This document shows, in pieces, positions 9,218-19,161 of a stretch of 64,000 nt of DNA. The position numbers and the translations under genes were made by a program. Each line of letters opens with the position of its first letter. Position 1 is the first letter of the stretch. Under the pieces are notes generated by a model. It searched no databases. It was not told the origin of the DNA and saw only the letters and a program-made list of their open reading frames with translations. Origin of the DNA: Terriglobia bacterium (GTDB lineage Bacteria; Acidobacteriota; Polarisedimenticolia; Polarisedimenticolales; JAIQFR01); contig CAVVHE010000004.1 of NCBI GenBank assembly GCA_963748015.1, positions 768,001-832,000 on the forward strand, given 5' to 3'.

Positions 9218-12200
9218 CTAGCGCGACATGTCGGGCGGCGTCGGGACCGGCGGGTCCGCAACGGGTTTCTTGCGGAGCGACTCCAAAAGGACCTCCACCG
9301 CCTTCTCGAGGCTCGGATCGCCGCCCGCGATGCGGGATTCCGGCAGGTCGACGACCTCCACGTCCGGCGAGACGCCCCGGTTCTCGACGACCCACTCGCC
9401 GTTCTCGTCGTAGATGCGGAACGTGGGTACGTCCACGCTCCCTCCGTCCGCGAGCGAGGGATTGCCCGAGAGGCCGATGAGCCCGCCCCAGGTCCGCGTC
9501 CCGATGAGGGGGCCTAGCCCGTTCTTCCGGAAGAAGTAGGGGAGCGCATCGCCGCCCGAGGAGGAATAACCGTTGATGAGCATCGCCTTCGGGCCATCGT
9601 GGGCGAACGCCGGCGTGCGCGTGCTCTCGACCCCCCGGCGCGCCCACCAGGCGAGGGTCTTGCGGGAGAAGTACCCGATCATTCGGTCCGGGATGAACCC
9701 TCCGCCGTTGTACCGGTCGTCGATCACCAGCGCGGGCTTCGAGACCTGCGAGTAGAAGAGCTTCTGGAGCATCCGGTTCCCGGGGATCGCGGTGTCCGGC
9801 AGGTGGATGTAGCCGACCTTCCCCCCGGAGAGGCGCTCGGCCAGGGCCATGCGCCCGCGCACCCAGTCGAGGTAGCGCAGGCTCAGCTCGCTCGCGATCG
9901 CGCGGACCACCACGGTCCGCCCGCTTCCGGGCTCCGGACGGGCCGACACGGTCAGCGACACCTGGCGGTCCGCCTTGTTCTCGAGGAGACGGTAGGGGTT
10001 GTCGCGCGTGGTCAGGTCGTGCCCGTCGATCGCGAGCAGGAATTCCCCTTCCTTGACGCCGACGCCCGGCTCCGTGAGGGGAGAGCGCCACGCCTCGTCC
10101 CAGTTCTCTCCGCCGAAGATCCTGGCGAACCGGTAGCGCCCGGAGGGGTCGGCCTCGAACTCGCAGCCGAGCATCCCGCCCTGGACGCGCGGCACCCGGG
10201 GCTCGTCGCCGGACGAGACGTACGTGTGCCCCGCCTCTAGCTCTCCGATCATCTCCCCGAAGAGGAAATCGAGGTCGGCGCGATGCGCGACGAACGGGAC
10301 GAGAACGCGGTACCGCTCGCCGATCTTCTTCCAGTTCACGCCGTGCATCTCCGGGTCGTAGAACCAGTCCCGGTAGATCCGGAAGGCGTCCTCGAACATC
10401 TGCCGCCACTCGGCTCTAGGATCGAGCTTCACCTTGAGCCCGGAGAGGTCCAATCGCCCGTCCCCCGCCTTGAGGCCGGCGCGCGCGTCGGCGATCGCCC
10501 AGTCCTTCCCGGACCTGTAAAGGAGTTTCTTGCCGTCTCCGGAGAGCACGTACGCGTCCACGCTGTCCTGGACCTTCTCTTCCTTCCGCTCCTTGAGGTC
10601 GTAGCGGTAGAGTGCCCGGTCGGGGCCGTCGTCTCCCTTCAGGTAGTAGACGGCTTCGCCGGCGGCGCCCAGCTGCGCGTAGTTGCCCGCCTTGAGGCCG
10701 GGGAGCGCGATCGTGCGCGACGCGAACCCGTCGGCGACGACGTTGACGGGGGAAAGAGCCTCCTTGGTTTTTTCCTCCTGCAGGCCCCCGGCGGCTTCGG
10801 ACGCCTCCTTCGACGGCTTTCCCTCCGCCTCCTTGGGCTTGGCGGCCTCGTACTTCGGCTTCTCCTCGTCGCTCTTCGGGGGGAAGAGCGCGGGCGCGTC
10901 GGGGTCGAGCGACGCGACGTACACGCGGGTCGCCCTGGCGTAAACGTAGTCGAACTCGAAGGCGCTGAAGGTCGGCTGGTAGTCGCGGTTGCTCAGGAAG
11001 AAGAGGTGCTTGCCGTCCGCGCTGAACGCGGGACTGAAATCGTTCGTGAGGCCGTCCCCGAGCAGGAACGATTGCTTCTTCTCGATCGAGTAGACCGCGA
11101 TTCCCGGGAGGCGCGTCGGGTGGCTCTTCTCGTACGCGAGCCAGCGCCCGTCCGGCGACCAGCGGTAGAAGTCGAGGTCCTCGCGGGTTCCGCGGTCCAC
11201 CTCCGTGAAGTCCCCGCTCGCGATGTCCAGGATGCGGAGGCGCTGCCGGCGGTCGCCGAACGCGAGCTTCTTCGAGTCCGGGCTGAAGACCGGCGGGAGG
11301 CGCCAGACGTCGCCGCCGGTCGTCAGCTTCCGGCTCTCGCCCGAGCCGTCCTGGGCCCTGATGTAGAGCTCGTACTCGCCGGTGGCGTCGGACAGGTAGG
11401 CGATCCACTTGCCGTCGGGAGACCAGGCGGGGGACATCTCGCGGACCCCCTGCGTATCGGTGAGGTTGCGGGTTACGCCGTCCTTGGCGGGGACCGAGAA
11501 CAGGTCTCCGCGCGCGCCGAAGACCGCCCTTGCGCCGCTGGGCGAGAGGTCGGCCTCCCTCGCGAACTCGCGCACGTCCTTGAAGTGGGGGACCGCGTCC
11601 GCCGCGTCGGAGCCGAGCGTGATCGGTATCCGGGCCGGCTTCTCGTCGGCGAGCCCCATGTGGTAGAGGTAGCCGCCGTTCATGAACACGATCGCGCCGG
11701 GGCCGAGGCTCGGCCACAGAACGTCGTACTCGTCGAAGCGGGTCACCTTCCGCGTGGCGCCGGTCTTGAGGTCGAACGCGAAGAGGTTGATGGTGTTCTC
11801 TCGGTCCGACGCGAAGTAGATCGTCTCTCCCGCCCACATCGGAAAGTTGTCGGTCGCGGGATCGTCGGTGATGCGGCGGGAACGCTTGGCCTCGAGATCG
11901 TACGTCCACACGTCCTGCGCCCGGCCGCCGCGGGTGCGCTTCCAGGTCCGGAATTCCCTGTCCACCGGGCAGTACGCGAGCTTCTTCCCGTCCGGGGCGA
12001 ACGACGCGCTCCCCCCTTCGAGCAGCGGCAGCGGGGTCTCGAGGCCGCCCGAGGGATCCACGACGAAGTACCGCCCCATCCGTTGGCCCCACGGGGTCCG
12101 GTTCATGCGCACGAGGATCTTGCCGCCCGGGGTCCAGCCGAGGACCCAGTCGTCCCAGCCTCCGCGCGGCGGCATCGGTCCGACGTCGGTGTAGAAGGTC

Positions 12201-12556
12201 AGCTGCCGCGGCTCTCCGCCCCAGGCGGGCATCACGTAGACCTGCCGCGAGCCGGTGTACTCGGCGCAAAAGGCGATCCACCTTCCGTCGGGGGAGATCT
12301 TCGGGAACAGCTCGAGCCCTTCATGGGAGGTCAGGCGCATCGCCGGGCCGCCCGCCGTGGGCGCCCGCCAGATGTCCCCGGCGTAGACGAACACGACGAA
12401 GTCGCCGTGGATGTCGGGGAACCTCAGGAGCCGGGCCTCCGGCGGGCCGCTCTCCGCCGCGAGCGCGACTGGAGGGGACGCCGCGAGCGCGGCGAGCAGC
12501 AGGGCGAACGCGAGAACGGGGACGGGCGACGTCCGAGAGTTCCGATTCGTGGCCAT
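9218..12556 (-). CDS. Tricorn-like S41 family protease (PD40 beta-propellers, PDZ, catalytic domain)
   Basis: Signal peptide, repeated 'SPDG' propeller blades, 'IDDRYNGGG', 'SSSGGD', 'GTRTWGG'. Confidence 0.93.
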   Translation of the reverse strand: MATNRNSRTSPVPVLAFALLLAALAASPPVALAAESGPPEARLLRFPDIHGDFVVFVYAGDIWRAPTAGGPAMRLTSHEGLELFPKISPDGRWIAFCAEYTGSRQVYVMPAWGGEPRQLTFYTDVGPMPPRGGWDDWVLGWTPGGKILVRMNRTPWGQRMGRYFVVDPSGGLETPLPLLEGGSASFAPDGKKLAYCPVDREFRTWKRTRGGRAQDVWTYDLEAKRSRRITDDPATDNFPMWAGETIYFASDRENTINLFAFDLKTGATRKVTRFDEYDVLWPSLGPGAIVFMNGGYLYHMGLADEKPARIPITLGSDAADAVPHFKDVREFAREADLSPSGARAVFGARGDLFSVPAKDGVTRNLTDTQGVREMSPAWSPDGKWIAYLSDATGEYELYIRAQDGSGESRKLTTGGDVWRLPPVFSPDSKKLAFGDRRQRLRILDIASGDFTEVDRGTREDLDFYRWSPDGRWLAYEKSHPTRLPGIAVYSIEKKQSFLLGDGLTNDFSPAFSADGKHLFFLSNRDYQPTFSAFEFDYVYARATRVYVASLDPDAPALFPPKSDEEKPKYEAAKPKEAEGKPSKEASEAAGGLQEEKTKEALSPVNVVADGFASRTIALPGLKAGNYAQLGAAGEAVYYLKGDDGPDRALYRYDLKERKEEKVQDSVDAYVLSGDGKKLLYRSGKDWAIADARAGLKAGDGRLDLSGLKVKLDPRAEWRQMFEDAFRIYRDWFYDPEMHGVNWKKIGERYRVLVPFVAHRADLDFLFGEMIGELEAGHTYVSSGDEPRVPRVQGGMLGCEFEADPSGRYRFARIFGGENWDEAWRSPLTEPGVGVKEGEFLLAIDGHDLTTRDNPYRLLENKADRQVSLTVSARPEPGSGRTVVVRAIASELSLRYLDWVRGRMALAERLSGGKVGYIHLPDTAIPGNRMLQKLFYSQVSKPALVIDDRYNGGGFIPDRMIGYFSRKTLAWWARRGVESTRTPAFAHDGPKAMLINGYSSSGGDALPYFFRKNGLGPLIGTRTWGGLIGLSGNPSLADGGSVDVPTFRIYDENGEWVVENRGVSPDVEVVDLPESRIAGGDPSLEKAVEVLLESLRKKPVADPPVPTPPDMSR

Positions 12557-12744
12557 CACGCGGCTCTCCAGGGGAAGCGCCGCGGGCGCATCGCCGGCGG
12601 CGAGGAATACTCGCACGAGCCGCCCCGAGATCCAAACGCACGAGCGCGAAACTCGCGCGATCGGCATTATGATTAGGGCCGGGCCGCGCGAGGCGGCGGT
12701 CCGCGGAGGTCAGGTGTGCGTGTGCGCGCCTCGGCAGGGGAGAC

Positions 12745-15700
12745 ATGTCGCTCAACGGTCAGATCGGGCAGTACGAGATCCTCGAGATCCTCGGTTCCGG
12801 GGCGATGGGAGAGGTCTACCGCGCCACGGACACCAAGATGTTCGACCGCGTCGTCGCGCTCAAGATCCTCTCCGAGCGGCTCTCCCAGAACGAGCAGGCC
12901 TGCGCGAGGTTCAAGCGGGAGGTGGAAGTCGCCTCGAGCCTCACCCATCCCCACATCGTGACGATTCACGACCGCGGGGAGCACGACGGGCGCCCGTACT
13001 TCGTGATGGAGTACCTCGAGGGAACGGACCTCACGGAGCTGATCCGCTCCCACGCGAGCCGGACGATCGAGCAGCGCATCGAGATGGCGAGGCAGATCGC
13101 CGACGCCCTGCAGTTCGCTCACCGTCACAACGTCGTCCATCGCGACGTGAAGCCGTCGAACATCATGCTCACCGTCGTCGGGGGGCAGGAGCAGACGAAG
13201 CTCGTGGACTTCGGGATCGCGCACATCGAGCGCTCGAGCCTGACCCGCGCGACGACCCAGCCCGGGACGTTCTCGTACATGTCGCCGGAGCAGCTCAAGA
13301 ACGATGCGCTGGACCATCGCAGCGACCTGTTCTCCCTCGGGATCGTCCTCTACGAGCTGTTCACGGGCACCCACCCGTTCGACGCGCCGAGCGAGGCCCT
13401 GATCACCACGCGGATCCTCCGGGACGAGCCCGAGCCGGCTCGCAACCGCAACTCGGATGTACCGGCGGCCCTCGATTCCCTGATCCTCAAGCTCCTCGAG
13501 AAGGAGCCGATGCAGCGGCCGCAGACCTCGGGAGAGGTCGCGGACGCGCTGCGCCAGATCCTGCGGAAGCTCCAGACGCGAGGGGTGGCGACGGACCCGT
13601 CCGAGTACTCGAATCTCGACGACCTGACGCGGCAGATGGTCGAGAACCTCCTGACGTGGGCCCGGCAGAAGGAAGCGGAGGGCTCGCTCGAGGAGGCGCT
13701 CAAGGCCTACGAGAAGGCCCACCAGCTCGCCCCGGACAGCGAGCGGCTGAAGCTGAAGCTCCCGAGGCTCAAGCACCGGATCGAGTCCGAGAGGAAGCTG
13801 CGGGAGCTGCTCGATCGGGCGCGGGAGGCCGTCTCTCGCGGAGCGGCCGGGGAGGCGCGCGAACACTGGCGCGACGCATGGATCCTGAGTCCGGAGAGCG
13901 AGGAGGTGGCGGCGCTCGACCGGGAGATCGAGGCGGCCGAGCGGACGAGTCCGGAGGACCGTGAGCGGAAGGAGTTCGTCGAGTCGCACATCCGGAAGGT
14001 CGAGGAGGCCCTCGACGCGGGACGGACCGACGTGGCCCGGATGCCGCTCGTCGAGATCCTCAAGCGTTACCCGAACGAGACGCTCGCGGGCCTGATGCTC
14101 GACCGGCTGATGGTGATCACCGCGAGCGGCATCCCCTACGGCGAGTACCGGGGGATCCTGAGGGAGGCGAAGACGGCGCTGGGCCTCGGGCGATTCGCCG
14201 ACGCGCAGGCCGGGTGCCGCCGGGCGCAGGAGATCTGGCGGGGCGACGAGGAGGCGATCTCGCTCGAGAGGGAAATCGCTTCGCGGATTCAGTCCGAGGT
14301 CGGGGCTCTGGTCTCGCGGATCGAGCGGAGCATCCAGGAGGCCGAGGAGCCGGGGCGCGACGACGCCCGGGCGATCGAGAGCGTGAACGCCGCCCTCGAC
14401 GCCCTAGAGAAGGCGGCGGCCCTCGGCGCGGACGCGGGATGGGTCCGGGCCGCGGACGAGCAGGCCCGGCGGCGGAAGGACGAGATCGAGGAGCGCGCGC
14501 GGGCTCGCGAGCGACAGGAGAGGGAGCGGGAGGAGCAGCGCCGGAAGGTGGTGGGGAGCTTCCTGCAGCGCGGCCGCAACCTCCACGACGAGGCGGAAGC
14601 GCTGCGGCGGCGAGGCCTTCCCGACGCCGAGCGCGCGGTCGACTCGTTTCAGCAGGCGCGATCGGCCTACTCCAAGGTCCTCGAGGAGGAGCCGGAGAAC
14701 GGCGAGGCGCTCGAAGCGATCCGGCGGATCGACGGGGCGCGCTCCGACCTCGAGAAGGAGATCGAATCCGCGCGGCGGCGGCGGAGCGAAGCCTCGGGGC
14801 TCGCGTCGGTCGCCCGCTCGGCGCTGGAGCGCGCGAGAGCCGGGGCGGAAGGCGACGAGGAGGCCCAGCGCCGCAGCCTTGACCTGGTCCAGGAAGGGCT
14901 CGAGGCGGCCGAGAGAGCCCTGGCGATGGACCCGGCTCTGGACGAGGCGGCAGGCTCGCGCCGCGAGCTCGTGGCCCTCGGGACGTCGCTGCGCGAGGAG
15001 ACCGCGCGGCGCGAGGCGGCCAGGAAGGAGATACAGTCGCGCAGGGAGGCGACGATCGGGTCGGCGCTGGCGGAGGGGCGCGGCCTCCTCGGCAAGATGG
15101 AGCCGCTCGTCTCGGGGGACCTGGACGAGCTAGCGAAAGCCGAGGAAGTGGGGCTTGCCGCCGAGGTCTCCTACCGGAAGGTCCTCGCCCTCGATCCGGA
15201 CCAGGGCGAGGCGAAGGAAGCCTTGCAGGTCCTGGCGAGCTACGTCGAGCACGCGCGCTCCGAGTTGCAGCGGAGGCGGAAGGAGGCGGACGAGCGCGCC
15301 CGCGAGTCCGCGGAGCAGGAGCGGCGCAAGCGCGAGGCAGTGGAGGCGGAGGAGAAAGCGACGCGCGGTGCCCGGCAAGCGGCGGAGGCCGCCGAGAAGG
15401 CGACGCGCGAGGCCGCGAAGGCGGCGGAGCAGGAGCGGCGCGAGTCGGCACGGGCGGAGAAGCTCCGCGCGGCCCTGTCGAGCGCCCGGCAGGCGCTGGA
15501 CGAAGCGCAGTCCCTGGGATCGAAAGGCGGCGAGGAAGGCGACCGGCTCCTCAAGCTGATCGAAACGTCGAGGGGCTCGCTGCGCGAAGCCACGGAGATC
15601 GACCCCGGGAACGCCGAAGCGCGGAAGCTCGCGGAGAGCCTCGAGTCCCTTTCGGCCAAGGTGTCCCCGGAGATCGAGAAAGCCCGGCGGCGCGCCGCGC

Positions 15701-16680
15701 TCGTGGGCGTGCGCGAGAAGCTCGAGAAATCGCGCGGGCTCGCCAAGTCCGGGAAGCACCGGGAAGCCCTGACCCTCCTCGCGGCGCTCGACCAGGAGTG
15801 CCGGCCCTACGAGTGGCTGCACGAGGCGATGCCGGAGATCCAGCGCCTCCGGCAGGCGAGCGAAGGGGAGCAGAGCCGTGGCCGGCGGAAGCTGATGCTG
15901 TTCGGCGGCGCCGGGGCGCTGGTCGTCGTGCTGGCGGTGGCCGGGATCGCGTTCATGTCGGGCGGGGGATCGAAACCGGCACCCTCCCGTGGAGCGGCCG
16001 ACACGCCGCCATCCGCCCCGGTTCGCCGCGAGGAGCCGGCGCCTCCGCGGACCACGCCGCCCGACTCGACTCGCGGCGAGGCGGGACGGCCATCGGGGGC
16101 GGTGGAACCGGTCCAAGAAGTGCGGGACGTCACGGAGCCGGGCCCGCCCTCGGTGCCCGTCGCGCCCTCGGCGAGCGCACGTCCCCCCGCCGGCGAGAGG
16201 CCGGTCCCGGCCGCGATGCGGACCTCTCCGGCCGTTCCGGCCCCGCGGCCGGGGTCGCAACCCGAGACGCTTCGCACGCCTCCGGACACGAGGCCGCCGG
16301 CTCTCCCGCCGCCGGTTTCTCCCCAGGTGAGCGCGCCGGCGCCCGTGGAGACCGCTCCTGCCGGGACGCCGGCCGGGACGGCCGTTTCCGCTGCGGCGAC
16401 CCGGTTCGAGGGCGAGGTGGTCGTTGACGAAAAGCCGGTAGGAAGCGGGTACGCGGTGGTGTTCGAAAGCGTCGGGACGAAATCCACGGTGGAGGCGCGC
16501 ACCGCGGCGAATGGCCACTATTCCGTCGAGGTCGCCCCGTACCAGCGCCACAAGCTCGTCAAGGTGGTGGCGCCCGACGGGGCAGAGACTTTCTCGCCGA
16601 AGGACCCGAACGTCCCGCGGTCGAACAACACACCGGGAAAGCCCGTGGAATGGAACCTCAGGGTGTACAGCCGGAAGTGA
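12745..16680 (+). CDS. Membrane Ser/Thr protein kinase (Hanks type) with TPR-like/coiled-coil stalk, TM, Pro-rich linker and C-terminal beta-sandwich; PpkA-like role possible
   Basis: Intact kinase motifs GSGAMGEV, VALK, HRDVKPSN, DFG, YMSPE, DLFSLG; helical repeats; TM 'LMLFGGAGALVVVLAVAGIAFM'. Confidence 0.9.
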   Translation: MSLNGQIGQYEILEILGSGAMGEVYRATDTKMFDRVVALKILSERLSQNEQACARFKREVEVASSLTHPHIVTIHDRGEHDGRPYFVMEYLEGTDLTELIRSHASRTIEQRIEMARQIADALQFAHRHNVVHRDVKPSNIMLTVVGGQEQTKLVDFGIAHIERSSLTRATTQPGTFSYMSPEQLKNDALDHRSDLFSLGIVLYELFTGTHPFDAPSEALITTRILRDEPEPARNRNSDVPAALDSLILKLLEKEPMQRPQTSGEVADALRQILRKLQTRGVATDPSEYSNLDDLTRQMVENLLTWARQKEAEGSLEEALKAYEKAHQLAPDSERLKLKLPRLKHRIESERKLRELLDRAREAVSRGAAGEAREHWRDAWILSPESEEVAALDREIEAAERTSPEDRERKEFVESHIRKVEEALDAGRTDVARMPLVEILKRYPNETLAGLMLDRLMVITASGIPYGEYRGILREAKTALGLGRFADAQAGCRRAQEIWRGDEEAISLEREIASRIQSEVGALVSRIERSIQEAEEPGRDDARAIESVNAALDALEKAAALGADAGWVRAADEQARRRKDEIEERARARERQEREREEQRRKVVGSFLQRGRNLHDEAEALRRRGLPDAERAVDSFQQARSAYSKVLEEEPENGEALEAIRRIDGARSDLEKEIESARRRRSEASGLASVARSALERARAGAEGDEEAQRRSLDLVQEGLEAAERALAMDPALDEAAGSRRELVALGTSLREETARREAARKEIQSRREATIGSALAEGRGLLGKMEPLVSGDLDELAKAEEVGLAAEVSYRKVLALDPDQGEAKEALQVLASYVEHARSELQRRRKEADERARESAEQERRKREAVEAEEKATRGARQAAEAAEKATREAAKAAEQERRESARAEKLRAALSSARQALDEAQSLGSKGGEEGDRLLKLIETSRGSLREATEIDPGNAEARKLAESLESLSAKVSPEIEKARRRAALVGVREKLEKSRGLAKSGKHREALTLLAALDQECRPYEWLHEAMPEIQRLRQASEGEQSRGRRKLMLFGGAGALVVVLAVAGIAFMSGGGSKPAPSRGAADTPPSAPVRREEPAPPRTTPPDSTRGEAGRPSGAVEPVQEVRDVTEPGPPSVPVAPSASARPPAGERPVPAAMRTSPAVPAPRPGSQPETLRTPPDTRPPALPPPVSPQVSAPAPVETAPAGTPAGTAVSAAATRFEGEVVVDEKPVGSGYAVVFESVGTKSTVEARTAANGHYSVEVAPYQRHKLVKVVAPDGAETFSPKDPNVPRSNNTPGKPVEWNLRVYSRK

Positions 16681-16757
16681 CGGGAACTCGATCGCGCCTC
16701 TTCGCCCTGGACACGATCTGGTCTATCATGGGGCATACTCGTTCGAGGAGGCGGATC

Positions 16758-17303
16758 ATGAGACGTACGAAGTGGGTGGGAGCAGTCCTGGTCTCCGTAG
16801 CGGCGATGGCCCTGTCGAGCGTCGCGCTCGCTCAGGCCGCTCCGAAGGTGAAGATCCGCGGGGTGATTTCGCCGCCGCAGGTGTCGGCCCCCGTGAACCT
16901 GGCCATCACCGTTTACCCGGCCGATCAGGACGCCAGCGGAAATTACATCGCCCCGACGCGGGGCGTCCAGAACCGGACCGTGTACTTCGATCCGAAGTCC
17001 ATGGGGCGGCCCCAGGATTTCGAGCTCGAGCTCGAGCTCCTGAAGGAGTACGAGATTCGGGTGGAGATGCTCGATGCGAACGGCGACCCCCTGAAGGACC
17101 GGACGTACTACTTCGCCGACGTGACCACGGAGAAGCCCGAGGGGCGTACGTCGCTTCGCCTGGACATGCCGGTGTCGGTGCCGCTGTCGTTCCGCTGGGA
17201 AACGCGCTCGGCGAACAAGGGTAACTTCCTCTCGCCGGTGCCGGCGGGAAGCGGCTACGTCCTGACCCACTACATCAACCCGGCGACCGTTCCGGGCACC
17301 TGA
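16758..17303 (+). CDS. Exported hypothetical protein (beta-rich)
   Basis: GGAGG RBS, Sec signal peptide ending 'ALAQA'; follows the kinase on the same strand. Confidence 0.75.
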   Translation: MRRTKWVGAVLVSVAAMALSSVALAQAAPKVKIRGVISPPQVSAPVNLAITVYPADQDASGNYIAPTRGVQNRTVYFDPKSMGRPQDFELELELLKEYEIRVEMLDANGDPLKDRTYYFADVTTEKPEGRTSLRLDMPVSVPLSFRWETRSANKGNFLSPVPAGSGYVLTHYINPATVPGT

Positions 17304-17381
17304 GCCCCCAAGAACGACAAGAGCCTCCCGGCGCGGTTCCGACCGCGCGAGGAGGCTCTCCGTCGACGCGAAGGACCGTCG

Positions 17382-18215
17382 CTACTTCGTCCCGCAGGCC
17401 AGGCTGAATTCGGCGCGCCGATTCTCGGCCCACGCCGCCTCGTCGTGTCCGGGGTTCCTTGGCCGCTCCTTCCCGAAAGATACCTTTCGGGCCTTTTCTC
17501 GGTCGACGGCTCCGAGATCCACCAGGTAACCGGCGACGGCGGCCGCACGGCGGTTGCCGAGAGCGAGGTTGTACTCGACCGTGCCGCGCTCGTCGCAGTG
17601 CCCCTGCACCGTCACCTCGGACCCGGAAGGCTGGAGATCTTTGAGAACTGCGGCTACCGACGCAAGGACGCTCTTCGCGTTCGGACCGAGATCCGCCTTG
17701 TCGTAGTCGAAGGGTACCCTCAGGTCAGCGAGCTTGGCCTGGGCGTCCTCGCAGGGTGTCGTCTTGGGAACGATCGTGATCGGGATGGGCGCGTCGAATT
17801 GAGCTACCTGCTGTCCTCCCGCCCCCGTCACGACGCCCTGCAGCGTATAGGTCCCAGGGGGGATCTGCGGGATCGTCGCAGAGCCCCGGTAGGAATCAGG
17901 GTCCGCCGTGGAAGAGACCGGCACCTTGAAGCCGGTTCCCTTGAGTTCGACGTCGAGACGGTTTCCGGCCGGGACGACCGCGCGAGCGGTGACCTGAACT
18001 CCGTCACCGGGCCGCCGCGGCGCCGTCGCGTCGTGCTCGAGGGAGGCAATGGACGGCGCGCGCGCCACGGACGCCTGGAGCGTCACATCGAGGCTCTGCG
18101 GTGCGGTCTTGACCTCGGGGACGGCCTGCGGGGCCTTCTTGCAACCGCCGAGGAACAGGAGCGAAACCGGCAAAACAACAACCAGAGCAGCAATCCGGAC
18201 CGATCGAGCTCTCAT
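17382..18215 (-). CDS. Pal/OmpA-family peptidoglycan-binding lipoprotein with extra N-terminal Ig-like domain
   Basis: Lipobox 'LGGC'; Pal-type motifs 'FDYDKADL', 'GHCDERGTVEYNLALGNRRA', 'SFGKERP', 'NRRAEF'. Confidence 0.9.
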   Translation of the reverse strand: MRARSVRIAALVVVLPVSLLFLGGCKKAPQAVPEVKTAPQSLDVTLQASVARAPSIASLEHDATAPRRPGDGVQVTARAVVPAGNRLDVELKGTGFKVPVSSTADPDSYRGSATIPQIPPGTYTLQGVVTGAGGQQVAQFDAPIPITIVPKTTPCEDAQAKLADLRVPFDYDKADLGPNAKSVLASVAAVLKDLQPSGSEVTVQGHCDERGTVEYNLALGNRRAAAVAGYLVDLGAVDREKARKVSFGKERPRNPGHDEAAWAENRRAEFSLACGTK

Positions 18216-18259
18216 GATCGACCTCTTCGATGTCGCGAGGGCCTTCGGACAGCCTCGGC

Positions 18260-18889
18260 TCAGGGGTTCGACGGCGACGAGGAGCCGCTGCTACCGCCTC
18301 CGGCGGCGAGCGCGGCGAGCGCGCCGGCGCCCAACACGATGCCGATCACGCCACCGGTGGTCTTCCACCAGGGCTTCTTCGCCCCCGGAGCCGGAGCCTG
18401 CGTCGCCGGCGCCGGCGGCGTGGCCGGCGTGGGCTTCGAAGGTTCCGCGGCGGCCTTCGGGGGCTCCGCCGGCGGAGCCGCGGGCGTGGGTTCGGTGGCC
18501 TGGGCTCCCTGCAGCTGGAACTGCACGTCGCGACGGTAAACGCCTGCTGCCCGTACCGGCAGGGGAGATCCCGCCTGGATGGGAAGGCGCGTTCCGTCCG
18601 GCGCGAGCGCGGTGGTCAGAAGGAACCGGGAGCCCACGGGAACCTGGAGGGAGTACTCTCCGGCCGCGTTGCTGGCCGAGCTCGTGTACTCCGTTCCGCT
18701 GACGACGTCCTTGAACACGACCTTGAACCCCGGCGTCGGCCGTCCCGTCGGGTCGAGGATCACGCCCTGGAGGGTGGCTGACTGCTGGGCGTACGCCACG
18801 GGCATCGCGAGCGTCGGTGCCAGAAGCGCTAGGCTCAAGACGGCGACGAGCGTGCGACGGATCCACCCGCTCCCTTCGAATCTCCTCAT
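18260..18889 (-). CDS. Exported protein with carboxypeptidase-regulatory-like (prealbumin-fold) domain, Pro/Ala linker and C-terminal hydrophobic tail
   Basis: Signal peptide 'AYAQ', 'LQGVILDPTGRP...SNAAGEYSL', C-terminal 'PWWKTTGGVIGIVLGAGALAALAAGGG'. Confidence 0.8.
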   Translation of the reverse strand: MRRFEGSGWIRRTLVAVLSLALLAPTLAMPVAYAQQSATLQGVILDPTGRPTPGFKVVFKDVVSGTEYTSSASNAAGEYSLQVPVGSRFLLTTALAPDGTRLPIQAGSPLPVRAAGVYRRDVQFQLQGAQATEPTPAAPPAEPPKAAAEPSKPTPATPPAPATQAPAPGAKKPWWKTTGGVIGIVLGAGALAALAAGGGSSGSSSPSNP

Positions 18890-18948
18890 GGAACGATCTC
18901 CCTATTGGTTGCCGTGAAGACTCCGGGAAAAACGCTTCCCGCAGGCGA

Positions 18949-18977
18949 ATTCAACGACATGGATCGACTTGTGTCAA
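18949..18977 (-). promoter_or_regulatory. Possible sigma70 promoter for the 18889/18215 genes
   Basis: Perfect -35 TTGACA (18977-18972), 17-nt spacer, weak -10 TTGAAT. Confidence 0.35.
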
Positions 18978-19161
18978 GGGGAATCTCCTCGTTCGCGACG
19001 TGGCGCGCTCGCCGCCGCTCGACACCGGTATATACTCGGCCCGGCCGGAACGTCCCCGTTGAACGGGAGCGTCCCGGAGACGAAAGCGCGACGGCCGAGC
19101 CCGCGCCGCGGAGGCCCGCGGGCATCGGAGCCACGATGGCCTCCATCGTCCGAGGGATCGC

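Noticed and set aside
19001..19015. sigma54 promoter (TGGCGCG-N4-CCGC) before the T6SS operon
   Set aside because: GG-N10-GC spacing fits, but the -12 TTGC is poor, such matches are frequent at this GC content, and no enhancer-binding protein is in the window
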